A stretch of 64,000 bases of DNA from Harriotta raleighana (taxonomy: Eukaryota). This document shows positions 52,225 through 64,000 of the stretch, piece after piece (the stretch's first letter is position 1; each line of letters begins with the position of its first letter). Both the position numbers and the translations under genes were made by a program. Location of the stretch: positions 1,461,660 through 1,525,659 of the forward strand of contig JBNZDD010013632.1 in NCBI GenBank assembly GCA_050575255.1, written 5' to 3'. The notes beneath the pieces were generated by a model, which was not told where the DNA came from, searched no databases, and saw nothing but the letters and a program-made list of their open reading frames with translations.

Positions 52225-53421
52225 CAGTAAAAGCCTGCTTATCCGTGACTCGATCAAGCGGAACTTCTGTATAACTTGCACCTCAAAAAAAAAGGTTCCC
52301 ATTCGAATAACTGGATCTTATTCGGCATAATTGCTGTGGTGCATTTAATGAGTCGATTGCTGTATGAGAGTACTGTTAGGGAAAAATGAGTTTTAAGACA
52401 TTTGCATTCCTTATTCATATAATAGACTCATGGGGAACACGTAGGCACTCTTGGTAAAAGAATAAGAGGGAATAAAAAGGGCAGACAATTCAACAAGAGT
52501 TAGAATAACAGGATGAGCAAGGCCTGCAAGGGCAGCAAATAAACAAAGCTAGAGAAAACATCGTTAGCAGCAACTGACATAACTCTTGCTGATTGAGTAC
52601 AAGGGAGATCTAAGGATCGCAATAGATAAGAGTTTTGACCGGCCGGACACATTAAGGACTGGCCAGTAAACATTAAACAGGCGGGAAAAAAGTGCTGGCT
52701 CGGCAATGTTCTTTGTTTGACTGAATGCATAATGTTTGTATGTACATTGGTCAAGGATGGATGAGACGTTATTTTTCCTGCACCAGGAGACGATGTATAA
52801 ATGTATAAATAGTAGCCACTCGTTGAGCTCAGGGTCTGAGTCTGACTAGAGACCTGACCCTATCTGTATCTGAGTCTAACATGACTTACTTACTTATAGA
52901 CCGAGTTAATAAAACTTACTTATTCAAACTCTTGGTATTTTCTGGGTTTCTTTGCATGTTTTAATTCCANNNNNNNNNNGAGGAGTGGGAGGGGGAGAGA
53001 GAAGAGAGGAGAGAGAGGGGTAAATTCATTAATTTAGATGGAAAATGAGAGGAGTGCAGGGGGTTGGGTTTGGAGCCTTTGAGATGCCAGACTGACTGAG
53101 TGTGTGTGTGAAAGAGAGAGAGGGAAGGAGGGAGAGAAAGAAAAAAAAGGAAAAACCAACAGTACTCCTTTAAGCCACTAGCATCCGCCGTTGTAGAAGT
53201 CTGCTTTGTGATTTTGTGCTGTGTTTATAGACTGTAATCTTTATTTATTGCTTTATTAGTAAGTATCCATACGATATTCAGTTTTATTTAGTCTATTATT
53301 AATATGGTATGTTTAAAAAAAAGTAGTTTGTTTTGTGTTGGGTTTTCTTCCAAATATCCGGCATGCTGTTTAACCGCCATTGGCCAGGTCCCGAAGATGC
53401 CAGATAAATGGGCTTTTACTG
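52225..53421. mobile_element. Tigger/pogo-like MITE, copy 2 (same family as 697-1269), carrying an insert
   Basis: ta|cagtaaaagcctgcttatccgtgactcg ... cagataaatgggcttttactg|ta, with a TA target duplication. Internal homology to copy 1 (ttatttagtctattattaatatgg; tttaaccg...cattggccag). Confidence 0.88.
52374..52969 (+). mobile_element. LTR-like insert (Gypsy/ERV-type LTR); right end obscured by gap 52970-52979
   Basis: Starts TGTT where homology to MITE copy 1 breaks. Has TATA-like tataaatgtataaatag (~52796), AATAAA (~52908), a downstream GT/T-rich tract, and ...ttCCA at the gap. Confidence 0.65.
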
Positions 53422-53423
53422 TA

Positions 53424-53615
53424 ATATAAATTGGTCATTTCAATCCACGACTGTTTGTGGGACACTTTCTATCTCCTTTGAGTTCAATTGGCTGCCGTGT
53501 TTCGCCCACACCACAAATATACATTCAATTCACTTTACAGTATATTCTGTGAAGCGCTTTGAGAATTCGATAAATTGTGAAAAGCGCTGTATCAAATGCA
53601 AGGATTATTATTATT
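53424..53615 (+). mobile_element. Family A SINE 3' half (continuation of 52195-52224, split by the MITE)
   Basis: ataaattggtcatttcaatccacgactgtttgtgggacac...tatcaaatgcaaggatt(att)n. Confidence 0.88.
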
Positions 53616-53851
53616 GAATCTGATATGGATCGACTCATTTTTCACCCAATACTCTCTTACAATGGGCACATGGCTGGTGGGATTTTCTGTCATGAGGTGA
53701 GAGAGGGGTTCTTCAGAACTAGAATTTGGGGGTGGGGAAGAAGCACATAAAGCAAGAGAAGAGAAAGATTTGGACATTGTTAAGAATGTCTCAAATGGAA
53801 AGGATGTCTGTATTTATCTGTGTGTCAGTTGTAGGTATCTGGGACTGTCCT

Positions 53852-54139
53852 ATAATAATAATCCTTGCATTTGGTATAGCATTTTTCATGTTTCTAAACA
53901 TCTCAAAGTGCTTCACAGAATATTCTGTAAAGTGAATTACTGTTTACTTGTGGGTGAAATGCAGCAGCCAATTGCGCACAGCGCACAAACAGTTGTGGAT
54001 TGAGTGACCAAATTTTTGGAGGGATTATTATTAGGCGTGTGGAGTAAGGAAACTTGCCCAAAGCTTCGCCTTGCCTGGAATAGAACCCAGGTCTCTCACT
54101 TGCAAGGCGAGTGTTCTAATCACTGAGCTGCAGGACTCC
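53852..54139 (-). mobile_element. Full-length family A SINE
   Basis: Reverse complement colinear with 39859-40180 from head (ggagtcctgcagctcagtgattaga) to tail. Confidence 0.92.
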
Positions 54140-57100
54140 TGTGTATGCATGTTAGGAGGCTCATTTTCTATTAAATTGTACACATCCAGTTATATGCCAT
54201 GCACGTTTTAGTAACTATAAAACATATGTACACAGTTGGAAAATAATCACAGCTCTACCGAGGAAGAAAGATATTATGGTCTTTTAAATGTTGCCTTGCA
54301 CATTTCATTGGGAGGGGAATCTCATGCTGTGCCCTTGGAAATTTGAGGCTGAGAATCAGCTCTAAAACTGGACTGCTGTGGCCTGAAATCAAAAGAATCA
54401 CTTAGTCATCAAAGCCAGGGATACCTTTAATCAGTGGCACTGACAGAAAGATCAGCAATCACCTGCGCTTATTTCCATGGGCTGTGTTGACATTCAACAT
54501 AAAATGATTTGAGGTGAATGTGAAATACAAAGAGGGAGAGAAAAAAAATCTGCTTATAAAATACAGTATTAACTGAGCAGAAGGGCACAGATCAAGGACA
54601 ATTTTCCTCTCTGGTTTACAGGCATATGTTGCAGCATCTAATCATGTAGATATGTCCCAGACGTGTGCCCATATGCAGAAATTCAATTCAAGTGCACACT
54701 TTGCTTGCTGGTTATCTTTGATCATGCCCACCAATGTCAATTGTATGTACACATAATGGAAAATGCTTCTGCTTTTCCCCTGGAAAATGGTGTACCACTG
54801 CGTGCCCACGTTCAGCGACTTGAGTCACATCACAACGGGTATAGCCTTCGCTCAATGAGCAGATGAGCTTGCTTTTCTTTTGCTGATCTATTCTCCCCTC
54901 CCACACTGTCCCACTCCTACAGGCAGTGCCACCAGGGTCAATTTAGTTTTATAATAAACTTACTGATATATAAGTTTATTAATATATATAAGTTTTTCAA
55001 TAAGCAATGCACCAGGAATGCTAGATGCCCGACTCATCATTCTTTATGTTTAAGCCTACAAAGTGCATATTGGACTAGCTGGGCTAGTCACCTGTGGATC
55101 ACTGCTCTCGAGCCTGATCCTGTGGCCAGTGCTTGCCACAGTTGATATCAGCCGAGAGTGGGAATACCACAAATGAGCACACTTACCCCTAGTTGATCAA
55201 AAAGAGCTGCAGATTCAGCTTTCTGCTCCATTAACTCCTGTTGGAAAGCATGTGCGCGCTTATTTGGCATCTGGAATCGCCCAATATTCACCCTAACCTA
55301 GGATTGAGAGAGACCAGCTAACTTAGCGCAAAGCAGAGATCAAAGCAGACACCTTCCTCTGAATAGCTCAGTGCAAACACTGCCTGGTGCCAGGGAACTC
55401 GTAACTCAATAGTACACATTTTTGGTTTACAAGATGAACAAGTAACATACTGTAGCAAAATGAATCCATTTGAACTTGCTTTAAAAATGTTATTATGAAA
55501 ATCTGGGGATTGCTTATTCAAAAACTTCCCTTGCACAGTCGTCTGGGCTCTTTTAGACAACTTTGTTGTAGAAGTTGAGATTTTTTTTCTTGAACAAAAC
55601 AGGATAAGGCTACCGGCAGATCGCTGCCTTGAAATGGAGGAAAGATCCTCAAGCTGCATTTAATATCCACCAGGGACAGAATCTCACTTCTTTCCATTCT
55701 TCTGACAAGTCACCTCTACCAGCACAAGTATTATCAGGAACACATGTCAGCAGGAACACACTGCCACAGTCAACATCGCCAAGAGATAGGAAACAGAAAG
55801 ACAACAGCTTTCAAGCCTGCAATTGAATGAGCCAAGCTTATATTCAATTGAACATTCACATGGCTTCTCCTGATGGCTTGGCAGGTAAATGTACCGACCA
55901 TTTTTTTTTCAATATAATGCCTGACTTTGTGTCTCTCTCTGAAGCATAACAAAAGCTTTGAAAGGGAGTCTCACTTCTTTTAAGAGTATTCAACGAAAAT
56001 GCTGGGACATTCCTTGGTGACAGAATATGTGAAAGTACACAGCAAAATTGACAATGTGCGTTTTAGACATTAGGTCATCAAACTTCAGCTCTCTTCCCTC
56101 CCCAAGATTAAGACAGTCGCCCTTTAAATGCCTTAATCACACCAATCTTCTAAACAGCTGGAGACTGAATAGGCTTCTTTTTATGTACAGTGACGCTGGA
56201 ATTTGTGAAAAAACAACTCATGATAATGTTTAATAGTCAAGACAAGCTGGTAACCCAGGAGCCAACAATGAAATGTACAGGGTGACAAGTTCATTGGTGA
56301 CCCCTGCTTGGCTTTCAGCCCAACCATTGGGAGAGGGGCACATTCATTCAATGTGACATCGATGGAATATCAATAAGGGTGGAATTTTCTGTGATGTGGC
56401 ATGGGTAGAAAGATGGTTGGGGCAAACATCAAGAAATGCACTGAATGGCAACAGCCCAAACTGGGAAACTGAGAAAAGCAACAACTAATCTATACCATTT
56501 CAGACTGAAGCATCTTCAGCAATATTGTAATCAGAAGAAAGATTTGGGTTCAAGATCCATTAACAGTTGATACTGTGTACTGAAGTCTGATAGAACAGCT
56601 ATGAATCATAGCACTGTTAACCTCAGTCATTACCCTACTTGTTATGCAGTTTTTCATGGGCACTGGAAAGGCTATTTGCANNNNNNNNNNNNNNNNNNNN
56701 NNNNNNNNTGCATCGATGCACAGTTGAGTAAAATGTAATGTTCTGATTGACTGGTAAAGGCCTTTGATTAGAAGAATTAAGAACTAAACCATCAGCGTAA
56801 TGGAGCAGAACATAACCTCGTATTTGGAGTATAATTCCCAATTGTTACAAAGAAGCACAGCAGAAAAGTGATAGTCTGGAAATAAATTCAAAGCAATACT
56901 ATTTATTTGTCCATCCTTTATACAGTATTCCCAGTTCTCCCATACTGAATTGAGAATCTGAGCTTGATATTTGCTTTCAGGTCTCTGATAATGCTGTTGC
57001 TCTACCCAAGGGTACAGAGATATTTTCCTTCTATGTTACTCTCTCTGAAGTTTTATGTTGGTCAGCTGGATGGCTGACCAAAAAAACTTGTTAAAACGTA

Positions 57101-57289
57101 TCCAAACCAAACGGAGAGTTCCACACATCTATGCCACCTACACATGAAAATTTCCTGCAGGAACGCAAAGGCTTATTTAATTCCAAGGAGCATTTTAGTT
57201 TCACCAACTAAAAACTTGGCTTAGTATGCCATTGAGAGCATTATCTGGACACTTCTGTATGATGACTAATCATGCTCCACATCATTCAC

Positions 57290-57433
57290 TTCAACATTAT
57301 TTGGAGAATTTTGCTGCGCAAATGGCTGCCACAATTGCCTATATACAGTACTACAGTTTACAGTAATTTCCTATTTTTTAGGCATTTCAACACAATAAAT
57401 GGTGCTATAGCAGTGCATGGATTATTTATTATT
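57290..57433 (+). mobile_element. Degenerate SINE 3' half
   Basis: ttgctgcgcaaatggctgcc...ggtgctatagcagtgcatggattatt. Confidence 0.55.
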
Positions 57434-58794
57434 ACAAAATCTATATTCTACCAATCCAGGGAGAAATGCCATGGAGTGCCACTGTCAAAGATGAGGACTA
57501 TAGAAGAAAACGCACTAAAAATAAAAACAGGACTTCAACAAAGAAAATTGTGAGATGGAATATTTTGATAGAAGCTCACCTGCAAAGCAGATAAAAAGCA
57601 GGAAAATATTTTTCACTGAGAGCCAGCGTTGAAAAGATAAACTCTCAATACCTCTGTTTGGCAGCTAACAGAAGATTTTCTTAAAAATTCATTTTTTTTT
57701 GTAAATGTTGAAAGTTGCTGAATCAGATGCTCCATCCTTTAAATTGAAAGCAAATCCACACCAACACAATTATTATTGGACTATTCAGATTGCTGGAAAA
57801 GATGTGCCGTAGAGTAATATGATTGTTCTCAAGTTATGAGTTTCCTACACATTGGTATGGTTATGTATGATAGTAACACAAAAGGTTACTGTTATATACA
57901 TAACTCAAACAGCCAGTTTTATTTTTAAACAGTGCTGCAATAATTGTCTTTTTTCCAATTGGCTTTCACAGTAGATTTTGTAGGTCATAATTCAGTTTGA
58001 AATCAGTACTTGCTAGCTTGCTGGTGGATGAAAGGTGTTAATATGCATGCTCTTCAGTGCTAGAAAATAGAAAACAATTCTCTGTGGTATTTCGATTATA
58101 TTTTACAGTCAGGAGATAAAGAGAGAGAAAGAAAATCCTCAAACCTTGGTACAATTACAACTATGATATGATTAAAAACATATTTTAAAATTGCCTTTGT
58201 ACATTGAATGGAGTGTGATCACACTTGGAACATGTGCCCGTGCTATGGTGGAGAGGTGGAAAGTACACAGTACAATAAGATATAAGGGATAAATCTGAAA
58301 TGACAATGATCGAAAAAAGGAATCTAAAACTGTGTGGGGCAGTGGCCATAAAAGGAGCTTATTGATATGGAAGGCACTTCCAAGAATAGCAATGTACAAT
58401 GTCAGAGTGGCTACATATCACAATAATCCAATATACCCTATAAGGATGTTGGTACTGATCTTGATCGCGTGCAAAACCATTGTACAGTATCTTGAATTTA
58501 GAGCATGGTAGATGGTGGTTTTGCACCTATTTTGCTGGAGTACGGATCCATGGACATTGTCAGCACTATGTTAACCTCATCTTCCCCTACACCCCACTTC
58601 CTACGAACACACACACTCTGCTCTCTTGACAGTTACCGTTTAGACTTAGTTGTGAACAACAGATATTCTGCAGCCCTGTTAACAACAACAAATTACATTT
58701 TGACAGCTTTCAAGTCACGTTCCCAGGCACAGGCACTGGACTCATTTGGCTTTAGTAATGTGACAAAAGCCATTCCTTGTATTATGTGGTAAAA

Positions 58795-59175
58795 GGGAGG
58801 AGAGAGGATAAATGATTGGAATTATGATAGAGGTGGTTAAGATTCTGAAAGGATAAGGCAGATAGGTCTTTATGAGCTGTTTCAACTCATTGGTGAGTCC
58901 AAACCTAGAGGACAAAAATTTAAGACAACCAGCAGAAGATCAAATTTGGAATTTAGGAGAAACATCTTCATGCAGAGGATAGTGAGAATGTGGAACCCAC
59001 TGTGGAAGTTGTGGTTGAACCAAACAGCATGAATGTATTCAAGAGAAACTTTGATGGAATACATGAGGGAGAAGGGATTATAGAGGATGATGAGAGGAAG
59101 AGTCTAATATGGAGTTTAAACACTAACACAGACTAGTTGGGGGCAAATAGCTCTGTCTGTGCCATGTCACTCCAT
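58795..59175 (+). mobile_element. Degenerate CR1 3' end
   Basis: atagaggtggttaagattctgaaagg, agaggacaaaaatttaag, aggagaaacatcttcatgcagaggatagtgagaatgtggaac (RRNIFMQRIVRMWN), and a 3' UTR remnant. Confidence 0.8.
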
Positions 59176-61269
59176 ATATCTTAAAGAATTGAGAGAGATG
59201 CACATTTTTTCATATGGGTAGCATCATACCTGTTGTCAAAAAAAAACACTCCTGTACACTTAAACCACATCTGTGGGCTTCTCATTGAGTTTTCTGTGTG
59301 GGTGCTAAGCCCCAGGTGCTAACCATTTATCTATTTCAAAAAATCCCTTTATTATCAAGGAAAGAACATTTCTTCAGCACCAATGCTCTGTGTTGTTGAC
59401 TGCCTTCTTTAGTCCTGGTTGGAGTTTCAAATTGCCTTTATCATTTCCCCACCGACAGAATGCCTACCAGCAGAGCTGAGACAGCTACATCTCATTTCTA
59501 AGAGATCCTTCACACCCATCACGTAAAAATTGTCCTGCACGTCACACATCTGGCTATGTTTGTTTCTAAAACCCAAAAGGTGAAAGTGTGGCACTTCAGA
59601 ACATTGTTAGGGAAGAGACCTAATGTTCTGGGTGGGCTAGCCCTTCTTTTGTTAAGCAGTCTTTCATATTATGAGTAAAAAGTACCATGAAATATCATGA
59701 AAGTAAATCTCTCTCATCCTCCTGTGGTTATGTTTAACGTGTGTTTGCTCTGGAAAATAAGTAATAATACAATCAAATGTCACAGTTACCTGCCTAATTC
59801 TCAAATAAGCTTATTTATGCAAGTCAATCACTGCTAGTTTAATGGCTGTGTTTAGATATTGCACTGTTTTTTTCAGATTTGATGCACTTCTGAAATGTCA
59901 CTCATCCTATCTGGCTACTGAATACTACATCCTTACAGAATTGCACAACAAACTGAAAGTTTAACTGTCTAACTCTAAACAACCACATACTGTATTAAGG
60001 ATTTCTTAAGCGAGGAAAGATTCACAGCTATTTGTACCCTGGGGAATCGAAGCGTGGAACCTAAACTCCAAGAACAAATCTAACTGTTTTATATGGACAG
60101 CAACACACAGTAAGGCATCATAAAACATCTGTCACTAACTGTTTGGAGTTTTTAAATGGCATGGGCTGTTCTATGTTGAGCAGGAGGAAAGATTCTTCAG
60201 CCTCGTTTTGGCTGGAACCTGAAAACCAGAGTTGATACTCTGGCTGTCAGTTCAGATATTCCATGTACAAACAGCTGGATTTAGAATTCCTGCCTCTGGT
60301 CAGAGAGCTTGTTTCAGGAGCTTGATTTTCTTTCAGCCTTCATTGCTTTGTGGAAATATCACTAATGTTATCTGACGATCGTAATGGTTTTCTTATGGAA
60401 TCACAGAACTGGCTGAGGACTGAACTGTCCGGACTTCAACATCTATATTTCAGTATTTGTTAGCCAAGAACGACATCAACTCCAGCAAATCCACATCTCC
60501 CGGGAACAAGAGAGCAGCCAAGTCTCAGCCTTGTCATTGAAAACAAATTGGAAAGTCTGGATCTAATGATTTCATATAGGCCGTAATAATGGTTATTGAC
60601 CTGTTTTAAACAGCGCATTAAGGTTCAAAGACTTATCCTTTCTCAATCAGTCTACAGTTCCCAGAGCTCATATAAATCTATAAACTTAGTACAAAACACC
60701 ATGAACCACTTTCTGCTAGGTGCACAGGTCCAAGCACTCAAGTGTCAACTTAAGAATCTATTACCCGCACAGGGGCACAGGACAGGGAAAGGGCACCAGT
60801 GCAAAATGGGGCTGACATTGCAGAAGTAAATGCAACAAATCCAACACCAGAGTGCAGGTTCGAATCTCCAATCCCCAGATATGGAGATGAATGTTCATGA
60901 CTGTGAGCTGGAGAAACAATGCGATGACTGAGAAAGGACAAAGCTGTCAATAAGTGTGGCTCCAAATTAAAATAAAATGCATACACTGAATTACCAGAAA
61001 TGATCTGTAATTAAAACTAAAGGACTTAGAGTATAAAATTCTATATTTTTCTTTGTTTACAGTACTGTGAAGTTAAATCGATACTGTTATCACTCTAAAC
61101 CAAAGCCATTTAACAACTGATTCGGTTGGTAGCATTTTTGCCTGTAGGTCATCAGATTGTAGATTGAAGCTTCATGCCATAGATATTTTGCTCACCATTG
61201 AAAATAACCCTCCAATACTGTGTTTGGGGCTTGCTGCATTGTTGGAGCTGCTGTTCTTCAGATCCAACA

Positions 61270-61640
61270 TTAAATTGGCTGCCATGCTTCACCACAATAG
61301 ACACAGTCAATTCGCTTTACAATATACTGTATTTTGTGAAGCACTTTGAGATGTCTCAAAGACATGATAAGGTGCTATATCAAATGCAAGGATTAATATA
61401 AATATTTATTATCAATTGAGGCTCTATCTGCCTGATCAGGTGTACACTAAGGAACCCCATTGACACTGTTCTAAAGAAGCGCCTTGTAAATAATCCAATG
61501 GTCAAATTGGTTTATGGGTTGTGTGTGGGACAAAGCAGTGCAGAGGATGGCTGCTACATTCACCTACAAATACACAGTCACTATACTTAACCATATTTAT
61601 CATGAAGGTCTTTATGATGTTTCGACAAGGTAAGGCATAT
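61270..61640 (+). mobile_element. Two family A SINE 3' halves (61270-61400 and ~61495-61640)
   Basis: aattggctgcc...ggtgctatatcaaatgcaaggatta; the second copy reads gtgtgggacaaagc...tacaaatacacagtca. Confidence 0.7.
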
Positions 61641-64000
61641 TAATAATAAAAACTGTGGATTGGCATTCTCTGGAAAGAACACTGGTACTGGAGCTATTCA
61701 CATTTTCTTTACAAGCAGTTAAACTCTCTTTCTATACAAAGGGTGGAAAGCCACAGCCTAGAATTGTTGCAGAAGAAAAATAACCCTCGTTCACCAAAGT
61801 TAATAGGAATCGATAGCATCTGCAGCAAGAAGATTGTTCTCTTTACAAAATAAATAGTTTGGCATTTACAAAATCTGCACAAAATCACAAGGCTGTTACC
61901 AGGGCAATTTAAAACGACTCTTCCACACAGCCATTATTTCAATGAAACAATGTGTACATTCACGTATCCAAAACACCTACCTGTCATAACCATACCACTG
62001 GAGCATGTATGTACAACAGTATTCTTTCTGCTGATATATCAATTAGTGCAGTTCACTGCTACTGAGGTTAAGCCAGAGGAAATGCCTGTCTAACTGGTTT
62101 TAACTGATGATGATTGAATTCAATCGAGGCCGTGTTTATGAACAAATTAAACTAAATGTGAAAATTATGCAATGAACTCATATTAATTCAATACATGTGC
62201 ACATTTAAAGTACCTCTGGTCTTGATGATTTAGGTAATGTGAATTCCACAGTCCTATGAATTACTATATGAACACACTCCAACCATCCCCTCAGTCTACT
62301 CCACATCTTTCCTAGGTTATCAACCATGGGTGTAAAGAATAGGGAGACAGCATGAATAAATAATATGAATAGTTCTTGCATTTCTTGTAATGCCTTATCC
62401 CTTCAAGAAATCTCAAAGCCCTTAATGCTATGAGTTACTTTGAAGTGTGTTGAATGTTAGTTACATGGAATGCAAAGGCAACCGCTAATCAGAACTAGTC
62501 ATGTCTCATATAAAACAATGCAATATTTTTGTATATGCCCACGAATGGGCAGAGAAAATCAATCTGAATGAACAGATCCAAAGGTTAACCAGTTCCATCT
62601 CATATCTGTCAATTGGCTTACCCCATGTAATCCTGAATTGGAAGTGACTGCAGTTATATTTTAAAATAAATCCTTTCAATTCTCAATGATGTGAATGGGA
62701 ATTGCAGGTTTGTGAGTTCGCTGCATTGACAGTAAGAAAATAACACCAATGCAAAACCATATTCTGGGGATATTTGAGGCAAAGCAAATCATTATTAGAT
62801 CAAGATTATTAAAGGCAATACACTGGGCCTGTAAAACTTTACTTGTTTATTCTCGTCAGCTCAAAAAGCAATAGCCTCATAATCCTTCTTCTCAATGCTG
62901 GAATTTGGCTTCTAATCTGATTTGGTTTTAAAAATCTTGTGCTGCGTATTTACTCCCTGATCGATTTCTATTTTAGTTCTCGTGCCCATTCTGAGATCAC
63001 TTTTCCGTGAGTCATACTTTTTAGCTCCTGTCAAAAATAAATGAGTTCCGAGTTGTGCACTTCAGTGCTTCAAAATACAGTGTTGCCATCATAGAAGTGC
63101 CTCAAGTCAAAGTGTTGTCTGTTGTCCTTATGATGCCACATCACATAGTCTCAGCCTTTGAACTTTGTCTGCCTTACACTATAAGTCTGTACATTTATAC
63201 TGCTGGCATAAGGAAGAGTAGATTATAATGTTAAATAAAAGGCAATGAAAAATTATCTTTACCATTTTATAATGTTTGGCTATCATTTATTAATGTGAAA
63301 ATTAACTTTAAAAATTGAATCGTGGCACTAAGCTTAAATGGGCAGGCATGAATATCTTTCATTATTGCTGCATTCCTTCACAAGGCTTTGAAGTCAAAGG
63401 AATACTCCAGGGAAAGGTTACAGAATAATGCTTGTGAACCTCATCCCACAGCTAACAATAAGTGTTGTGTATCAAATTCAATTCTTAACCTATGTCCTAG
63501 TTATTGTAGTTTGCCAGTAGCTGTTTAGAAATCTAAGAATGTACACAAATGAAAAAAATGTCAGTCTCATTAGCAAATATCATCTCTTTCTATCCTGCAT
63601 ATCCCTGAATCTAAGTACTATGAGACACTACTCTGTATGAAAGGTGCTATGTAAGTTTTGTTAATCTCCTCCACCATTAAAAAATCCTTTTGAAATTTCC
63701 TACTCTATTTCCTTCCACTGTTTCCAGGTAACTGGACATCACTTCAACAATGTGATGAGTCCTGAACTAAAGGACTCATACACCCCTAATCTTAACCTCG
63801 ATGAGGCTAGATAACTCATAAAACAGAAATGTTCTCCGTATGTATGACTCAATAGTACAGTAAGTGAAACATTCATCACTACTGGAATTGGAAGATGCTA
63901 ATAAAACATCATTAGAGGAAATGCACTGCTTTCCCAGTTGACAGTCCCTTTATTTTATTCAGAAACTGTTACAGTGTTAAAGTCAGGGTGACAGAGAGTC

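Noticed and set aside
56681-56708. 28-N gap
   Set aside because: Sequence gap with no interpretable content.
3108-57082. Scattered 9-11 bp inverted repeats (~3108, 6768, 39460, 50443, 51315, 57059)
   Set aside because: A few of this length are expected by chance in 64 kb of AT-rich DNA.
124-61401. Most 60-150 aa ORFs in the supplied track
   Set aside because: They have random-like composition, and many start at non-ATG codons or lie in SINEs or antisense to LINEs. No recognisable domains.
1-64000. CRISPR arrays, operons, rRNA, prophage or endogenous viral genes
   Set aside because: No regularly spaced repeat-spacer array, no long ORFs and no rRNA or viral motifs were seen. The sequence is vertebrate non-coding DNA.

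Overview
This is vertebrate nuclear DNA: AT-rich, CpG-depleted and almost entirely non-coding, most likely a long intron or intergenic region. The repeat content points to a cartilaginous fish, possibly a chimaera; this is inferred from repeat style only. Repeats include CR1 LINE 3' fragments, L2 3' ends, many tRNA-headed SINEs with Deu-SINE-like/L2-like tails, an older unclassified SINE-like family, and TA-flanked Tigger-like MITEs. The only ORFs with recognisable protein motifs are LINE ORF2 remnants (7403-7906, ~32650-33110, ~42665-42920). I could not identify a host gene; several exon-shaped segments, mostly on the minus strand, are listed at low confidence. The best-supported curiosities are a three-layer nested insertion (SINE, MITE, LTR-like insert) at 52.2-53.6 kb, a 39-nt 5' U2 snRNA fragment, a ~168-bp near-perfect inverted duplication, a perfect 20-bp hairpin, a modular SINE variant, a chimeric L2/SINE insertion, a recursive-splice-site-like AG|GT motif and a PBX-HOX motif cluster. 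Five duplications centred on a single N are probably assembly artefacts. I found no convincing new multi-gene system. Repeat boundaries are approximate and were judged by eye.
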